Positions 32,333-42,879 are shown, counted from the first letter of the stretch. The stretch is DNA of 64,000 nt from an uncultured Candidatus Rokubacteria bacterium (GCA_963708025.1 CAVPSB010000012.1:192001-256000), one strand, 5' to 3'. The notes: generated by a model from the sequence alone, not told the origin. Translations and numbers: made by a program.

Positions 32333-34257
32333 CGGTTCTCGCCGCGGTCGTCGCCCTGGTGATCGGGGCCGCGACGACGGCGGCGTCCGCCGCCGAGACC
32401 GCGAGCGCTCTACGCGCGGCACTGCGCGGTCTGCCACGGTCCCACCGGGCGGGGGGACGGGCCGGCGGCCGGGCTCCTCGCCCCGCCGCCCCGCGACTTC
32501 CGGTCCGGCGTGTACAAGATCCGCTCGACGCCGAGCGGCACGCTGCCGACGGTCGCCGACGTGGCCCGGACGATCCGGCGGCGGCCTGCCGGGCACCAGC
32601 ATGCCCGGGCTACGCGGATCGGCTGGCGCCCGGCGAGATCGAGGCGCTGGCGCGGGAGCGTCCTTGGCTCTCGCGCCCGGCCACCGCGCCGCCGGGCCCG
32701 CCGCTCGACCTGGGAGCCGGCGCCCCTGCGTCGGCCGAGCGCGTGACCCGCGGCGCGGCGCTCTACGCCCGCGCCGGCTGCGCCGACTGTCACGGGGCCG
32801 ATGGCCGCGCCGCCGGCTGGCGGCCGGCCCGCGAGGGCCCGGCGGTCGCGCGGCCGACCGACCTGACCGAGCCGTGGACCTTCCGTGGTGGCGCCGACGA
32901 GGACGCGATCGCCCTCCGGATCCTCACCGGGCTGGACGGGAGCGCCATGCCGGCGTACGCGGGGGCCGTGACGGCCGCCGAGGCCCGCGACCTGGCCGCC
33001 CACGTCCGCTCGCTCGCCCGGGCGCCGCTCTGGGCGGCGGCCGATCCCGCGGTCATCCGCGCGGCCGGCGTCGCCGGCGATCCCCGCGACCGCGGCCGCT
33101 ACCTGGTCACCTCCATGTTCTGCCCGCTCTGCCACACTCCCATCAGCCCCGAGACCGGCGCCTACGACACCACGCGCTTCATGGCGGGCGGCATGCGGGT
33201 GAGCGCGTACCCGTGGGGCGTCTGGTACAGCCGGAACCTCACGCCCGACGCCGAGACGGGGCTCGGCCGGTGGAGCGACGCGGAGATCGTGGCGGCGGTC
33301 ACTCGCGGCGTCGCGAAGGACGGCCGGCGGCTCGACCCGATGGCGATGCCGTGGCCCTGGTTCTCCCGGCTCACCGCGAGCGACGCCGCGGCCATCGCCA
33401 CCTACCTGAAGGCGCTCCCGCCGGTGACGAGCCCGGTGCCGGCGGCGGAGCGCGTCGCCGTGCCCGAGGCCGTCGGCGGCAAGCTCCTGGCCCTCCTCGG
33501 CGCCGAGGTCGCGGTGGAGTTCTGGGGCGGCAACGCGGTCACCGACCCGGCGCTGCGCGGGGGCATCCCGGCCCCGCCCGGCCGGCGAGCGGGGGCGCGC
33601 GTCCTCGGCTGGGGCCTGCTCGTCGTGGCGGTTGGGGTCGTCGCGCTCGGCGTCGCGACAGGGCGCCGTCGCGGGCTCCGGCTCGCCGCGGCGGCAGTCC
33701 TGCTCCTCGGCTGGGGAACGCTGGCGATCTGGCCTCCGCTCTGGCTCATGACCCCGGAGGTCACGGTGGCGTGGCTCCTCCGCCGCGTCCCGGCCCTCCC
33801 GGCCGCGCTGACGGGGCCCGAGCGGGCGCGGGCCGAGCGGGGCGAGTACGTGGCGACCATCGCCCCGTGCGGGCTCTGCCACACGCCGGCCGGCGCCTTC
33901 GTCGGCTTCTACACGGATCGGATGATGGCCGGCGGCATGGAGGGCCGCTGGCGGGTGTACGGGAGCGCGACCTCGACGAACCTCACCCCGCACGCGCGCG
34001 ACGGCGCGGCCGGGCTCCCGCGGGCCGCCCTCGAGCGGGCGCTCCGGAGCGGGATCGGCGCCGACGGGCGCGCGCTGCACTGGCAGGCGATGCCGTGGGA
34101 CATCACCTCCCACTGGTCCGAGGAGGACCGGCGCGCGATGATCGCGTACCTGCGCGCGCTCCCGCCGGTGGCCGGGCGAATCCCGCCGCCCCGCGGCCCC
34201 CGTCCCGGCGACCCGCCGGCCGACTCCTTCTACTTCGGGGACGCCGCCCGCCGCTAG
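32329..34257 (+). CDS. Membrane-anchored multi-domain cytochrome c with four CxxCH; frameshifts near 32410 and 32580-32610
   Basis: CAVCH (shifted frame), CADCH, CPLCH, CGLCH; NLTP..MPW motifs; two TM segments. Confidence 0.82.
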   Translation: MTVLAAVVALVIGAATTAASAAETASALRAALRGLPRSHRAGGRAGGRAPRPAAPRLPVRRVQDPLDAERHAADGRRRGPDDPAAACRAPACPGYADRLAPGEIEALARERPWLSRPATAPPGPPLDLGAGAPASAERVTRGAALYARAGCADCHGADGRAAGWRPAREGPAVARPTDLTEPWTFRGGADEDAIALRILTGLDGSAMPAYAGAVTAAEARDLAAHVRSLARAPLWAAADPAVIRAAGVAGDPRDRGRYLVTSMFCPLCHTPISPETGAYDTTRFMAGGMRVSAYPWGVWYSRNLTPDAETGLGRWSDAEIVAAVTRGVAKDGRRLDPMAMPWPWFSRLTASDAAAIATYLKALPPVTSPVPAAERVAVPEAVGGKLLALLGAEVAVEFWGGNAVTDPALRGGIPAPPGRRAGARVLGWGLLVVAVGVVALGVATGRRRGLRLAAAAVLLLGWGTLAIWPPLWLMTPEVTVAWLLRRVPALPAALTGPERARAERGEYVATIAPCGLCHTPAGAFVGFYTDRMMAGGMEGRWRVYGSATSTNLTPHARDGAAGLPRAALERALRSGIGADGRALHWQAMPWDITSHWSEEDRRAMIAYLRALPPVAGRIPPPRGPRPGDPPADSFYFGDAARR

Positions 34258-34274
34258 CTAGCAACCGGCTCTGG

Positions 34275-34385
34275 GGACGTCGAGGTTGCTCGTGAGCCCG
34301 CTCGTGTCGCGCAGCTCGGCGATGGCCAGGGCCTCCCGCGAGGCCCGGACGGCCTCGTCCTGCCCGGCCAGCCTCTCGCGGTGCT
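34275..34385 (-). pseudogene. Fragment of an OprM/NodT outer-membrane efflux factor
   Basis: RERLAGQDEAVRASREALAIAELRDTSGLTSNLDV resembles the OMF repeat A..RY..GL.S.LDV. Confidence 0.45.
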
Positions 34386-34965
34386 CAGCATCTACGCCCG
34401 GGTGCTCCAGGGCTTCTACGGCCGCGAGGCCCACCGACAGGGCATCGGCGGGGGCCGGACCGGGCTGCTGACGGGCACCGGACCGCCTGCAGTTCCACGC
34501 GGCACCGCCGCCCAGCGACGCGGCGGTCGCCGAGGTCCTCGCCACCATCCGGGCCCGGGTCGGGCGGCTGCTGGCGCGCCGGGGTCTGGACCCTGACCGG
34601 GCCGACCTGGGCCCCCGGACGGGCTGGCGGAGGTCGCGCCGATCCACGCCCAGCTCCTCAGCGCCTCGGTCCAAGGCCGCGTCGCCCTCGGCCCGCACAC
34701 GGGCACCCGGGTCGGGCGGCTGGGGAGGCGCCGACTGCCTCCATCGGCGCCGCCCGGGGGCCGCGCCAGGCGCACCTGGATGGCTTCGACCTGCACGCCA
34801 ACGTGGGGGTGCCCCCCAACGATCGGGCCCGGCTGGAGCGTCTCTGCCGCTACCTGCTCAGGCCCCCGCTCGTCCAGGACCGGCTGCGCCTCCGGGCGGA
34901 TGGGCGGGTGGCGATCAGGCTGAAGCGGGCCTGGCGCGATGGGACGACCCACCTTGTCCTCGAGT
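34380..34965 (+). mobile_element. Degenerate IS91-family (Y2) transposase remnant
   Basis: GFDLHANVGVPPNDRARLERLCRYLLRPPL..DRL..LKRAWRDGTTHLV; frameshifted and truncated. Confidence 0.8.
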
Positions 34966-35201
34966 CCCCCGTGCCATCCGTATACCCGAGCCCCGCACCC
35001 CCGGAGCCGCCCTTGCCAGGAGTGGTTGCAGTTGCAAGGGCCCCCAACCACTTGCATTCTACTCGCACGAATCGGTCATGGACTTCCAGATCGAAGCATC
35101 GGAAAATATGGTGCGAGCTTTGCGGGGCGAACCGCCACCTTGCCCCGCAAACCCCGAAGTTCTTGGGAGCGCACGGATTCCTATGAAAGGACGTTTCTGC
35201 A

Positions 35202-38200
35202 ATGCCCACTGACACGCAACCCGCTTATCCTTTCATTCCATTTGAAGATATAGCGATAGATCAATCCATAGCGGCCCGCTTCGAGCAGCAGGTTGCTCGC
35301 TACCCGGACCGCATTGCCGTCGCCAGCGCGGACCGACAATTCACCTACGCTGAGCTCAATCAGGTAGCCAATCTTATCGCCCGCGCCATCCTGTCGCGTC
35401 TGGGAGAACGTGAAGAGCCGGTCGCGCTCCTTTTTGATCATGGGTCGTTCTTGATTGCCGCGCTGCTGGGGGTTCTCAAGGCCGGGAAATTCTACATGGC
35501 GTTGGATTTACCTGATCCTCAGCCGCGAATGGCGTCGATGCTGGAGGATTCCCGGGCCAGACTGCTTCTTACTAACTCGAAGCACCTCTCCCGGGCCAGG
35601 CAGTTGGCCCAAGGAAGCGGCCAACAGGTTCTCAACTGTGACGATCTCGACGCCAACCACGCTGCCGGAAACCTTGATCGGTCTATAGCTCCGGAGGAGT
35701 CCGCGCTCATGCTCTACACCTCAGGGACCACGGGCCGTCCCAAGGGTGTGGTCCATAGTCATAGGAATATTCTCGTCGAAGCCCGGAACTACACCAACTA
35801 CGCGCGGCTCTCTCCGGACGACAGACTGACCTTGTGGCATTCTTGCAGCTATACCAACTCGATTCGAAATCTGTATGCTGCTCTGCTGAACGGTGCCGGT
35901 TTGTTCATCTACGATCTCGTCAACGAGGGATTCCCGGCGCTGGCTGACTGGATGCTTACTCACCGGATCACTGTAATCCATACCCTGCCGACGACCTTTC
36001 GTACGTTTTGCCAAACGCTCAAACCGGACGCCATGTTTTCGGCGCTGCGCATACTGCGACTCGGTGGAGAGTCGATCAACCGAGACGATATAAGACAATA
36101 TCAGCGCCGCTTCTCCCCCAGCTGCCTGTTGATACACGCCATCGGTCCGACCGAGACGCTCGACATTCGATACTATTCCATCACCCACGACTGGAACGGC
36201 AGCGACGCCAAGATTCCCATCGGCTATGCCGTCCCTGACAAGGATGTGCTGCTGTTGGACGAAGCAGGACGGGAGGTCGGCGCCGAGGAGATCGGAGAGA
36301 TCGCAGTCAGAAGCAAGTATCTGGCGCTTGGCTACTGGGGACAGCCTGAACTCACCCGCGCCGCCTTTACGCCCGATCCTCACGGCGGAGATGAGCGGCT
36401 CTACCGAACAGGCGACCTGGGCGTGATGCGTCCCGATGGCTGCTTGACTCACCTGGGACGCAAGGATTTTCGGATAAAGATTCGCGGCTACAGAGTCGAA
36501 GTCACTGCAGTAGAGGAAGCGCTGCTCGACATGGATTCGATCGAGGCAGTGGTCGTGCAGGCGCATTCGGATGATGGAGGCGAGCAGCGACTCGTTGCTT
36601 ACGTCGTGCCCGCCACGGGCACGGACCCGAAAGTCAACGAACTCCGCCGAGGATTGGCGAAGACCCTGCCAGATTACATGATGCCTTCCGCCTTCGTCTT
36701 TCTGCAGACTCTCCCGCTGTCGGCCACCGGCAAACTCGATCGACGAGCCCTGCCGGCGCCGAATCGAGTCAGGCCGCACTTAGACGAAGAGTTTGTGGCT
36801 CCCCGTACTCCTGTAGAGGACATCCTGGCAAAGATCTGGGCTACGCTCCTCGATCTGGAGTTGGTAGGAATCCACGACAACTTCTTCGATCTCGGTGGTC
36901 ACTCGCTGCTGGCCACCCAGGTCATCTCGCGGGTGCGCGATACTTTGCAGGTGGAGCTGACGCTGCCCGAGCTGTTTGAAGCGCCCACCGTCGCCGGCCT
37001 GGCCGAGCACGTTGGCGTGGCTCGTCGGGCAGGTCGGGGCCTGCAGGCTGACGCTCCAAGGCCTCTTGCCAGGGGCCCGCAGCTCCCTCTCTCTTTTGCT
37101 CAGGAGAGGTTGTGGTTTATCGAACAGCTGGAGCCTAACAGCCCCGTCCATAACATCCCCGCCGTTTTTCGTCTCACTGGTTCCCTCAATGTGGCGGTTC
37201 TGGAGCAGAGTCTCAACGAAATCGTGCGGCGTCACGAAGTCCTGCGCAGTAGCTTTGCCGCCATTCAGGGTCAACCGATTCAGGTCCTCGCTCCAGTCCT
37301 GAGCTTGAGCCTTCCCGTTGTTGACCTGCGGGAGCAGCCTGACACCGCGCAAAGGGCCGAGACTCTGATCACTGAAGAAATCCAGCGACCCTTCCACCTA
37401 TCCCAGGGCCCTTTGTTGCGGCTCCTCTTACTGCGGCTGACTGAAGATGAACACCTATTTGTTCTGGTAACTCATCATCTGGTCTTCGATGGCTTGTCTA
37501 CGAGCATACTGCTTCACGAGCTCTCATCTCTTTACGAGGCTTACTCCGCAGGACGAGCATCGCTGCTGCCGGAGTTGCCTATTCAGTATGCGGATTTTGC
37601 CCGATGGCAGCGCGAGTGGCTGCGAAAGGACGTGCTCGAAGAGCACCTCGCCTACTGGAAACGGCAGCTTGCCGGTGTCCAAAAGCTACAGATGCCCACC
37701 GATCGACCTCGGCCTCGGGTTCAGACCGTCGGAACCGCGCGACACTCCTTCGCGCTTTCCAAGCCGCTTTCCGCGGACCTCAAGAGCCTGAGCAATCGGC
37801 ACGGGGTTACGCTTTTCATGACACTCTTCGCCGCCTATCAGACACTGCTGCACCGTTACACCGGGCAGAACGACATTGTGATCGGCTCTCCCGTCGCCGG
37901 TCGGGACCGCAGCGAGCTCGAGGGCTTGATCGGGTTCTTTTTTAACATGCTGGTACTGCGCACGGACCTTTCAGGCAACCCAACGTTTCGGGAGCTGCTC
38001 GTTCGTGTACGGGAGGTCTGCCTGGAGGCCTACACCCACCAAGACGTGCCCTTCGAGAAACTCGTGGAAGAACTGCGGCCTGAACGGGATCTGAGCTACA
38101 ACCCCCTCTTTCAGGTGACGTTTGCATTGCAGCATACGCCGGGATCCCGCCTCAAGTTGGCCGGCGTAACCGCACTTGAAGTGGAGGTCGATCCAGGAAC

Positions 38201-40316
38201 AGCAAGGTACGACTTGCACCTGTACCTGAGAGAGGAAGAGAGTGCGCTGCGGGGCTATATAGACTACAACACCGATTTATTCGATGCGCAGACGATCGCA
38301 CGCATGACCGAGCATTTTCAGTTATTGCTCGAACGCGTTGTGGCAAATCCAGATGAACCGATCGAGAGTTCGCCGCTCTTGACGGGGAACGAGCGGCATC
38401 AACTGCTCGAAGAATGGAGCGGCACTAGCGTAGATTATCCGAGAGACAAATGCATCCACCAGCTCTACGAGGTCCAGGTGGAACGAACTCCTCGTGCGGT
38501 CGCGGTCGTCTTCGGAGACCAACGACTGACCTACCAAGAGCTTAACCGCCGAGCGAACCAACTCGCTCACTACCTCCAAACACTCGGTGTTGGACCTGAA
38601 GTGCCGGTGGCCATTTGTATGGACCGCTCTTTCGAGATGGTCATTGGTCTTTTGGCCATTCTGAAGGCGGGTGGCGTATACGTGCCGCTTGATCCCGACT
38701 ACCCAAAGGAACGTCTGGCGTTCATGTTGGAAGATACCCGGGCGCCGGTGCTGTTGACCCAACAGCGGTTGGTCCCAGAGCTGGTTGAAGCCGAAGGGAC
38801 AAATAACGGCGATCCCCGACCCTCCGTCCTCGGTTCTCGACTTGAGGTTGTCTGTCTGGACAAGGGGTGGGAAGTCATTGCTCAGGAGAGCGAGGAGAAT
38901 CCCGAAAGCGGAGCGACGGCTGAGAACTTGGCCTACATCATGTACACCTCGGGTTCGACGGGCAAACCCAAGGGAGTCTGCGTTCCGCACAGGGGCGTGG
39001 TACGTCTGGTCAACGGTACCAGCTTCGCCAGCCTCACCTCACGGGAAGTCTTCCTGCAATTTGCGCCCGTCTCCTTCGACGCATCGACTTTTGAAATCTG
39101 GGGTTGCCTGCTGAACGGCGCGCAGCTGGTGGTCTTCCCCGCTCATACGCCGTCTTTGGAGGAGCTGGGACAAGTCCTCGAGCGGTATCAGGTAACAACC
39201 CTCTGGCTCACGGCCGGATTGTTCCACAGAATGGTGGAAGGCAACCTCCAGGGGCTGAGACACGTTAAACAACTTTTGACGGGTGGTGATGTCTTATCCT
39301 TCCCTCACGTACGGAAGGCACTTCAAGAGCTGCGGGAATGCCGGTTGATCAACTGTTACGGTCCGACCGAGGGAACAACGTTTACCTGTTGTTTCCCGAT
39401 GACCGCTTCCGGCCAAGTCGCCGCTCCCGTCCCTATCGGCCGCCCCATTGCCAATACCGCGGTCTACATCCTGGACGGTCATCTCAATCCTGTGCCCATC
39501 GGGGTCTGTGGAGAAGTGTGCATTGGTGGGGATGGTCTTGCCCGACAATATCTCAACCATCCGGAGCTAACGGCCGAGAGTTTCATCCTCGATCCGTTCA
39601 GCGGCGAACCCGGCGCGCGACTATACAGGACCGGTGACCTGGCGCGTTACTTACCCGACGGCAACATCGAATTCAGCGGTCGCCGTGACCACCAGGTAAA
39701 GATCCGCGGCTTCCGTATCGAGTTAGGTGAGATCGAGGCGGTGCTGAGCCAACACTCCGCCGTGCAGGAGACTGTGGTGGTGGCCCGGGAAGATGTACAC
39801 GGTGACAAGCGATTGGTGGCGTACGTTGTGCCGCGGAAGGAGCAGCCCCCTACGATCAATGTTCTGCGCGGCTTCCTGAAATCAAAGTGTCCCGAGCACA
39901 TGGTGCCGTCTACTTTCGTGTTCCTCGATACCCTGCCGTTGACATCCCAAGGCAAAGTGGATCGTCAAGCACTTCCGGACGACACCGGGATCAGGCCGGA
40001 CCTGGAGAAGGCTTTTGTAGCACCCCGTAGTCCGGCCGAGAAAGCGCTGACCGGGATTTGGGCTCAAGTACTCGGGCTGGAGCAGGTGGGCATTTACGAC
40101 AACTTCTTCGAGTTGGGGGGGCACTCTCTATTGGCAACGCAGGTCATTTCCCGGCTGTGCGACGCCTTGCGGGTAGAACTTCCCTTGTGCCGCCTGTTTG
40201 AGGCGCCCACGGTGGCCGAACTAGCCCAGGTTATCGAGCAAATTCGTTGGACGACTCGAGAGCGGCAGGATTCTCACGGCAACGCTGTGAGCACCCTCGA
40301 GCAGGGAGAAGTATGA
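35202..40316 (+). CDS. Non-ribosomal peptide synthetase, A-T-C-A-T, no thioesterase
   Basis: Two YTSG(T/S)TG.PKG A domains, two LGGHSL carrier motifs, HHLVFDG condensation motif; visibly lower GC than the flanks. Confidence 0.95.
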   Translation: MPTDTQPAYPFIPFEDIAIDQSIAARFEQQVARYPDRIAVASADRQFTYAELNQVANLIARAILSRLGEREEPVALLFDHGSFLIAALLGVLKAGKFYMALDLPDPQPRMASMLEDSRARLLLTNSKHLSRARQLAQGSGQQVLNCDDLDANHAAGNLDRSIAPEESALMLYTSGTTGRPKGVVHSHRNILVEARNYTNYARLSPDDRLTLWHSCSYTNSIRNLYAALLNGAGLFIYDLVNEGFPALADWMLTHRITVIHTLPTTFRTFCQTLKPDAMFSALRILRLGGESINRDDIRQYQRRFSPSCLLIHAIGPTETLDIRYYSITHDWNGSDAKIPIGYAVPDKDVLLLDEAGREVGAEEIGEIAVRSKYLALGYWGQPELTRAAFTPDPHGGDERLYRTGDLGVMRPDGCLTHLGRKDFRIKIRGYRVEVTAVEEALLDMDSIEAVVVQAHSDDGGEQRLVAYVVPATGTDPKVNELRRGLAKTLPDYMMPSAFVFLQTLPLSATGKLDRRALPAPNRVRPHLDEEFVAPRTPVEDILAKIWATLLDLELVGIHDNFFDLGGHSLLATQVISRVRDTLQVELTLPELFEAPTVAGLAEHVGVARRAGRGLQADAPRPLARGPQLPLSFAQERLWFIEQLEPNSPVHNIPAVFRLTGSLNVAVLEQSLNEIVRRHEVLRSSFAAIQGQPIQVLAPVLSLSLPVVDLREQPDTAQRAETLITEEIQRPFHLSQGPLLRLLLLRLTEDEHLFVLVTHHLVFDGLSTSILLHELSSLYEAYSAGRASLLPELPIQYADFARWQREWLRKDVLEEHLAYWKRQLAGVQKLQMPTDRPRPRVQTVGTARHSFALSKPLSADLKSLSNRHGVTLFMTLFAAYQTLLHRYTGQNDIVIGSPVAGRDRSELEGLIGFFFNMLVLRTDLSGNPTFRELLVRVREVCLEAYTHQDVPFEKLVEELRPERDLSYNPLFQVTFALQHTPGSRLKLAGVTALEVEVDPGTARYDLHLYLREEESALRGYIDYNTDLFDAQTIARMTEHFQLLLERVVANPDEPIESSPLLTGNERHQLLEEWSGTSVDYPRDKCIHQLYEVQVERTPRAVAVVFGDQRLTYQELNRRANQLAHYLQTLGVGPEVPVAICMDRSFEMVIGLLAILKAGGVYVPLDPDYPKERLAFMLEDTRAPVLLTQQRLVPELVEAEGTNNGDPRPSVLGSRLEVVCLDKGWEVIAQESEENPESGATAENLAYIMYTSGSTGKPKGVCVPHRGVVRLVNGTSFASLTSREVFLQFAPVSFDASTFEIWGCLLNGAQLVVFPAHTPSLEELGQVLERYQVTTLWLTAGLFHRMVEGNLQGLRHVKQLLTGGDVLSFPHVRKALQELRECRLINCYGPTEGTTFTCCFPMTASGQVAAPVPIGRPIANTAVYILDGHLNPVPIGVCGEVCIGGDGLARQYLNHPELTAESFILDPFSGEPGARLYRTGDLARYLPDGNIEFSGRRDHQVKIRGFRIELGEIEAVLSQHSAVQETVVVAREDVHGDKRLVAYVVPRKEQPPTINVLRGFLKSKCPEHMVPSTFVFLDTLPLTSQGKVDRQALPDDTGIRPDLEKAFVAPRSPAEKALTGIWAQVLGLEQVGIYDNFFELGGHSLLATQVISRLCDALRVELPLCRLFEAPTVAELAQVIEQIRWTTRERQDSHGNAVSTLEQGEV

Positions 40317-40345
40317 CGGTTCTTGAGCTCTTGTCCCACCTTGAC

Positions 40346-40371
40346 TGACCCCGGCGGGATTCGAACCCGCG
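40346..40371 (-). other. Isolated tRNA 3'-end fragment (T-arm plus acceptor 3' strand), att-like
   Basis: Minus strand CGCGGGTTCGAATCCCGCCGGGGTCA; no D or anticodon arm recognisable upstream. Confidence 0.65.
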
Positions 40372-40824
40372 CCTACGTCCTCGCGGCCGGCCCCGGAGCC
40401 ACCGTGCCCAGCGGCACGAAAGGCCGCGCGATCAGATCATGCGCGCGGGCGGGATCCACGCCGTTCCCCTGCTGGCAGGGCGTGTACCGGGTGCGGTACA
40501 CCTTCTACTCGATCCCAAGCATGCCTTTGTTCCGATATCACGGGACGCATAACAACCTGTTGGAGCGGCCAGGCGGCGCATCGACCGAAAGTCTGACGGT
40601 GAGCCTCCGGCGTCACGCTGAGTCGCTACCGCCCTGAATGCGGCCGCCGTCCGCGGTCCGACCGCAGCCACTCGAAGCGAGGCGTCGCGCCCTGGTCACA
40701 TTTCGGTCCGACCGCCATTAGACGGTTGACGGCCCTGTCCAGGACTCACATGCTGGCGCCATCGGCGATCACTCGCGCCGGCGGCGGGCGGCCGGAGTCC
40801 ACGATCGCCTGAGAGGACGGGGCC

Positions 40825-42879
40825 ATGAAGAATGTGACCGAGCGACTCATCCGGTCCGTCGCGGAGATCCAGCAGCGCGACCGGCGGCTCTCGGAAGAGC
40901 TGAAGGACCTGCGAGAGAAGGTGCGACGCGTCCCGCCACGGGAGGTCCTCGCCCCCGAGGCGATGGCGCTGGAGCCGCCGGAGGTCCACCCGGACTTCGC
41001 GGTCGAGACCATCGTGCTCCGGACCGCCCGGCCGGTCCTCGCCATCCGCCGCGACGCGGCCGTGTTGGCCTTCTCGGCCGAGGACAGCGTCATCTGGAAG
41101 CAGCGGCTCGAGAACGCCCGGCCCTACCTCGTCCAGGCCATTCCCGCCGTCGGCCGGGTCGAGGTCAGGCATCACCCGCGCTACGAGTGGATCGGCACCG
41201 GCTGGCTGGTCGCCGACGACGTCGTGGTCACCAACCGACACGTGGCCCGGGAGTTCGGGCGGCGGGGCGGCGCGCAGTTCGTGTACCGCCAGGGGGTGGA
41301 CGGCCAGCGCATGGAGGCGTCCATCGACTTCATCGAGGAGTTCGAGCGTCTCGACAGCCTGGAGTTCCGCCTCGACCGGATCCTGCACATCGAGGACGAG
41401 GACGGGCCCGACATCGCCTTCATCCGGGTGCTCCGGAACGGCTCGCAACTCGCCCGGAAGATCGACCTGGCGCCCACGGCCGTCGAGGAGGACGAGTACG
41501 TGGCCGTCATCGGCTATCCGGCGCGGGACAGCCGGATCCCCGAGCAGGACCTGATGCGGAGCATCTTCGGGGATCACTACGACAAGAAGCGCCTGGCCCC
41601 CGGCCAGGTCACGGGCACGGGATCGAACGCCGTCCTGCACGATTGCTCGACCCTTGGCGGCAACTCCGGCTCGGTCGTGCTCTCGCTCGCCTCCGGCAAG
41701 GCCATCGGGCTCCATTTCGCCGGCCGGTTCCTGGAGGCCAACTACGCCGTGCCGGCCCGAGCCATCGCGGAGCGGCTCGACTCGATCACCCGCGGCGAAT
41801 CGCCACGCCGATCCCCCGTTCCCGACGACACGCGGGTGACGCGAGCGCCGGTCTCGTCCCGGGCGGCGATGCAGGCGCCGGCCGCCCCGGCGCCCGGACG
41901 GGCGGTGACCTGCACGATCCCGATCCACGTGACGGTGAACGTGGGAGCGCCCGTGCTCGGGGGCGGCGACGCGTCCGTCACGTCGGCCACGCGTCGGCTG
42001 CCGGCGGACACGGACTCGGACGACGACCTGGTGATCACCGAGGCCCGGCCCGAGGACTACCTCGATCGGCCCGGCTACGTGGCGGACTTCCTCGGGCGGG
42101 GGCACGAGGTGTCGCTCCCCCGGGTGACGGCCGGACAGGGCGACGTGCTGACGTTCGAGCTCGAGGGCGAGCCGCAGCAGGTCCTGAAGTACGAGCACTT
42201 CGCCGTGCTCATGAGCCGGAGCCGGCGGCTCTGCCGCTTCAGCGCCGTCAACATCGACGGCAAGGAGACGAAGAAGGTGAAGCGGCCGGCCTGGCGTAAC
42301 GACCCCCGCATCCCGGCCGACGCGCAGATCATGAAGGAATGTTACGGGAATCCGCCGAAGTTCGCCCGGGGACACATGACGCGTCGCGAGGACCCCATCT
42401 GGGGTCCGCTGACCGCCGCCCGCCTCGGGAACGCGGACTCGATGCACGTCACCAACGCGGTCCCGCAGATGCAGCCCTTCAACGCCGGGATCTGGCTGGG
42501 ACTGGAGGACTACGCCCTCGAGCACGCGCGCGAGGACGACATGCGAATCTCGGTCTTCACCGGGCCGTTTCTGAGGAGCGACGACCCGGTGATGTTCGGC
42601 GTGAAGATCCCGCGGACGTTCTGGAAGGTCATCGCCTTCGTCCACGACGACACCGGCGCGCTGTCCGCGACCGGCTATCGCATGTCCCAGGAAGACTTCC
42701 TGAGGGACGAGGAATTCGTCTTCGGCCAACACGAGACGTCCCAGGTGTCGATCGCGTCGATCGAGCGAGAGACCGGCCTGTCGTTCGGGCCGCTGGCCGA
42801 CGTCGATCCGTTCCAGGACGTCGAGGAGGCGCGGCCGGCTCCGCTCACCGACTTCGCGCAGATCCGGTTCGTCAGATAG
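40825..42879 (+). CDS. Trypsin-like serine protease fused to a DNA/RNA non-specific (EndoG/NucA-like) endonuclease
   Basis: TNRHV, DIAF, HDCSTLGGNSGS protease motifs; ARGHM, TNAVPQ..FNAGIW..LE nuclease motifs. Confidence 0.9.
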   Translation: MKNVTERLIRSVAEIQQRDRRLSEELKDLREKVRRVPPREVLAPEAMALEPPEVHPDFAVETIVLRTARPVLAIRRDAAVLAFSAEDSVIWKQRLENARPYLVQAIPAVGRVEVRHHPRYEWIGTGWLVADDVVVTNRHVAREFGRRGGAQFVYRQGVDGQRMEASIDFIEEFERLDSLEFRLDRILHIEDEDGPDIAFIRVLRNGSQLARKIDLAPTAVEEDEYVAVIGYPARDSRIPEQDLMRSIFGDHYDKKRLAPGQVTGTGSNAVLHDCSTLGGNSGSVVLSLASGKAIGLHFAGRFLEANYAVPARAIAERLDSITRGESPRRSPVPDDTRVTRAPVSSRAAMQAPAAPAPGRAVTCTIPIHVTVNVGAPVLGGGDASVTSATRRLPADTDSDDDLVITEARPEDYLDRPGYVADFLGRGHEVSLPRVTAGQGDVLTFELEGEPQQVLKYEHFAVLMSRSRRLCRFSAVNIDGKETKKVKRPAWRNDPRIPADAQIMKECYGNPPKFARGHMTRREDPIWGPLTAARLGNADSMHVTNAVPQMQPFNAGIWLGLEDYALEHAREDDMRISVFTGPFLRSDDPVMFGVKIPRTFWKVIAFVHDDTGALSATGYRMSQEDFLRDEEFVFGQHETSQVSIASIERETGLSFGPLADVDPFQDVEEARPAPLTDFAQIRFVR

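Noticed and set aside
40372-40700. Short ORFs between the tRNA fragment and the protease-nuclease gene
   Set aside because: No recognisable motif or ribosome-binding site
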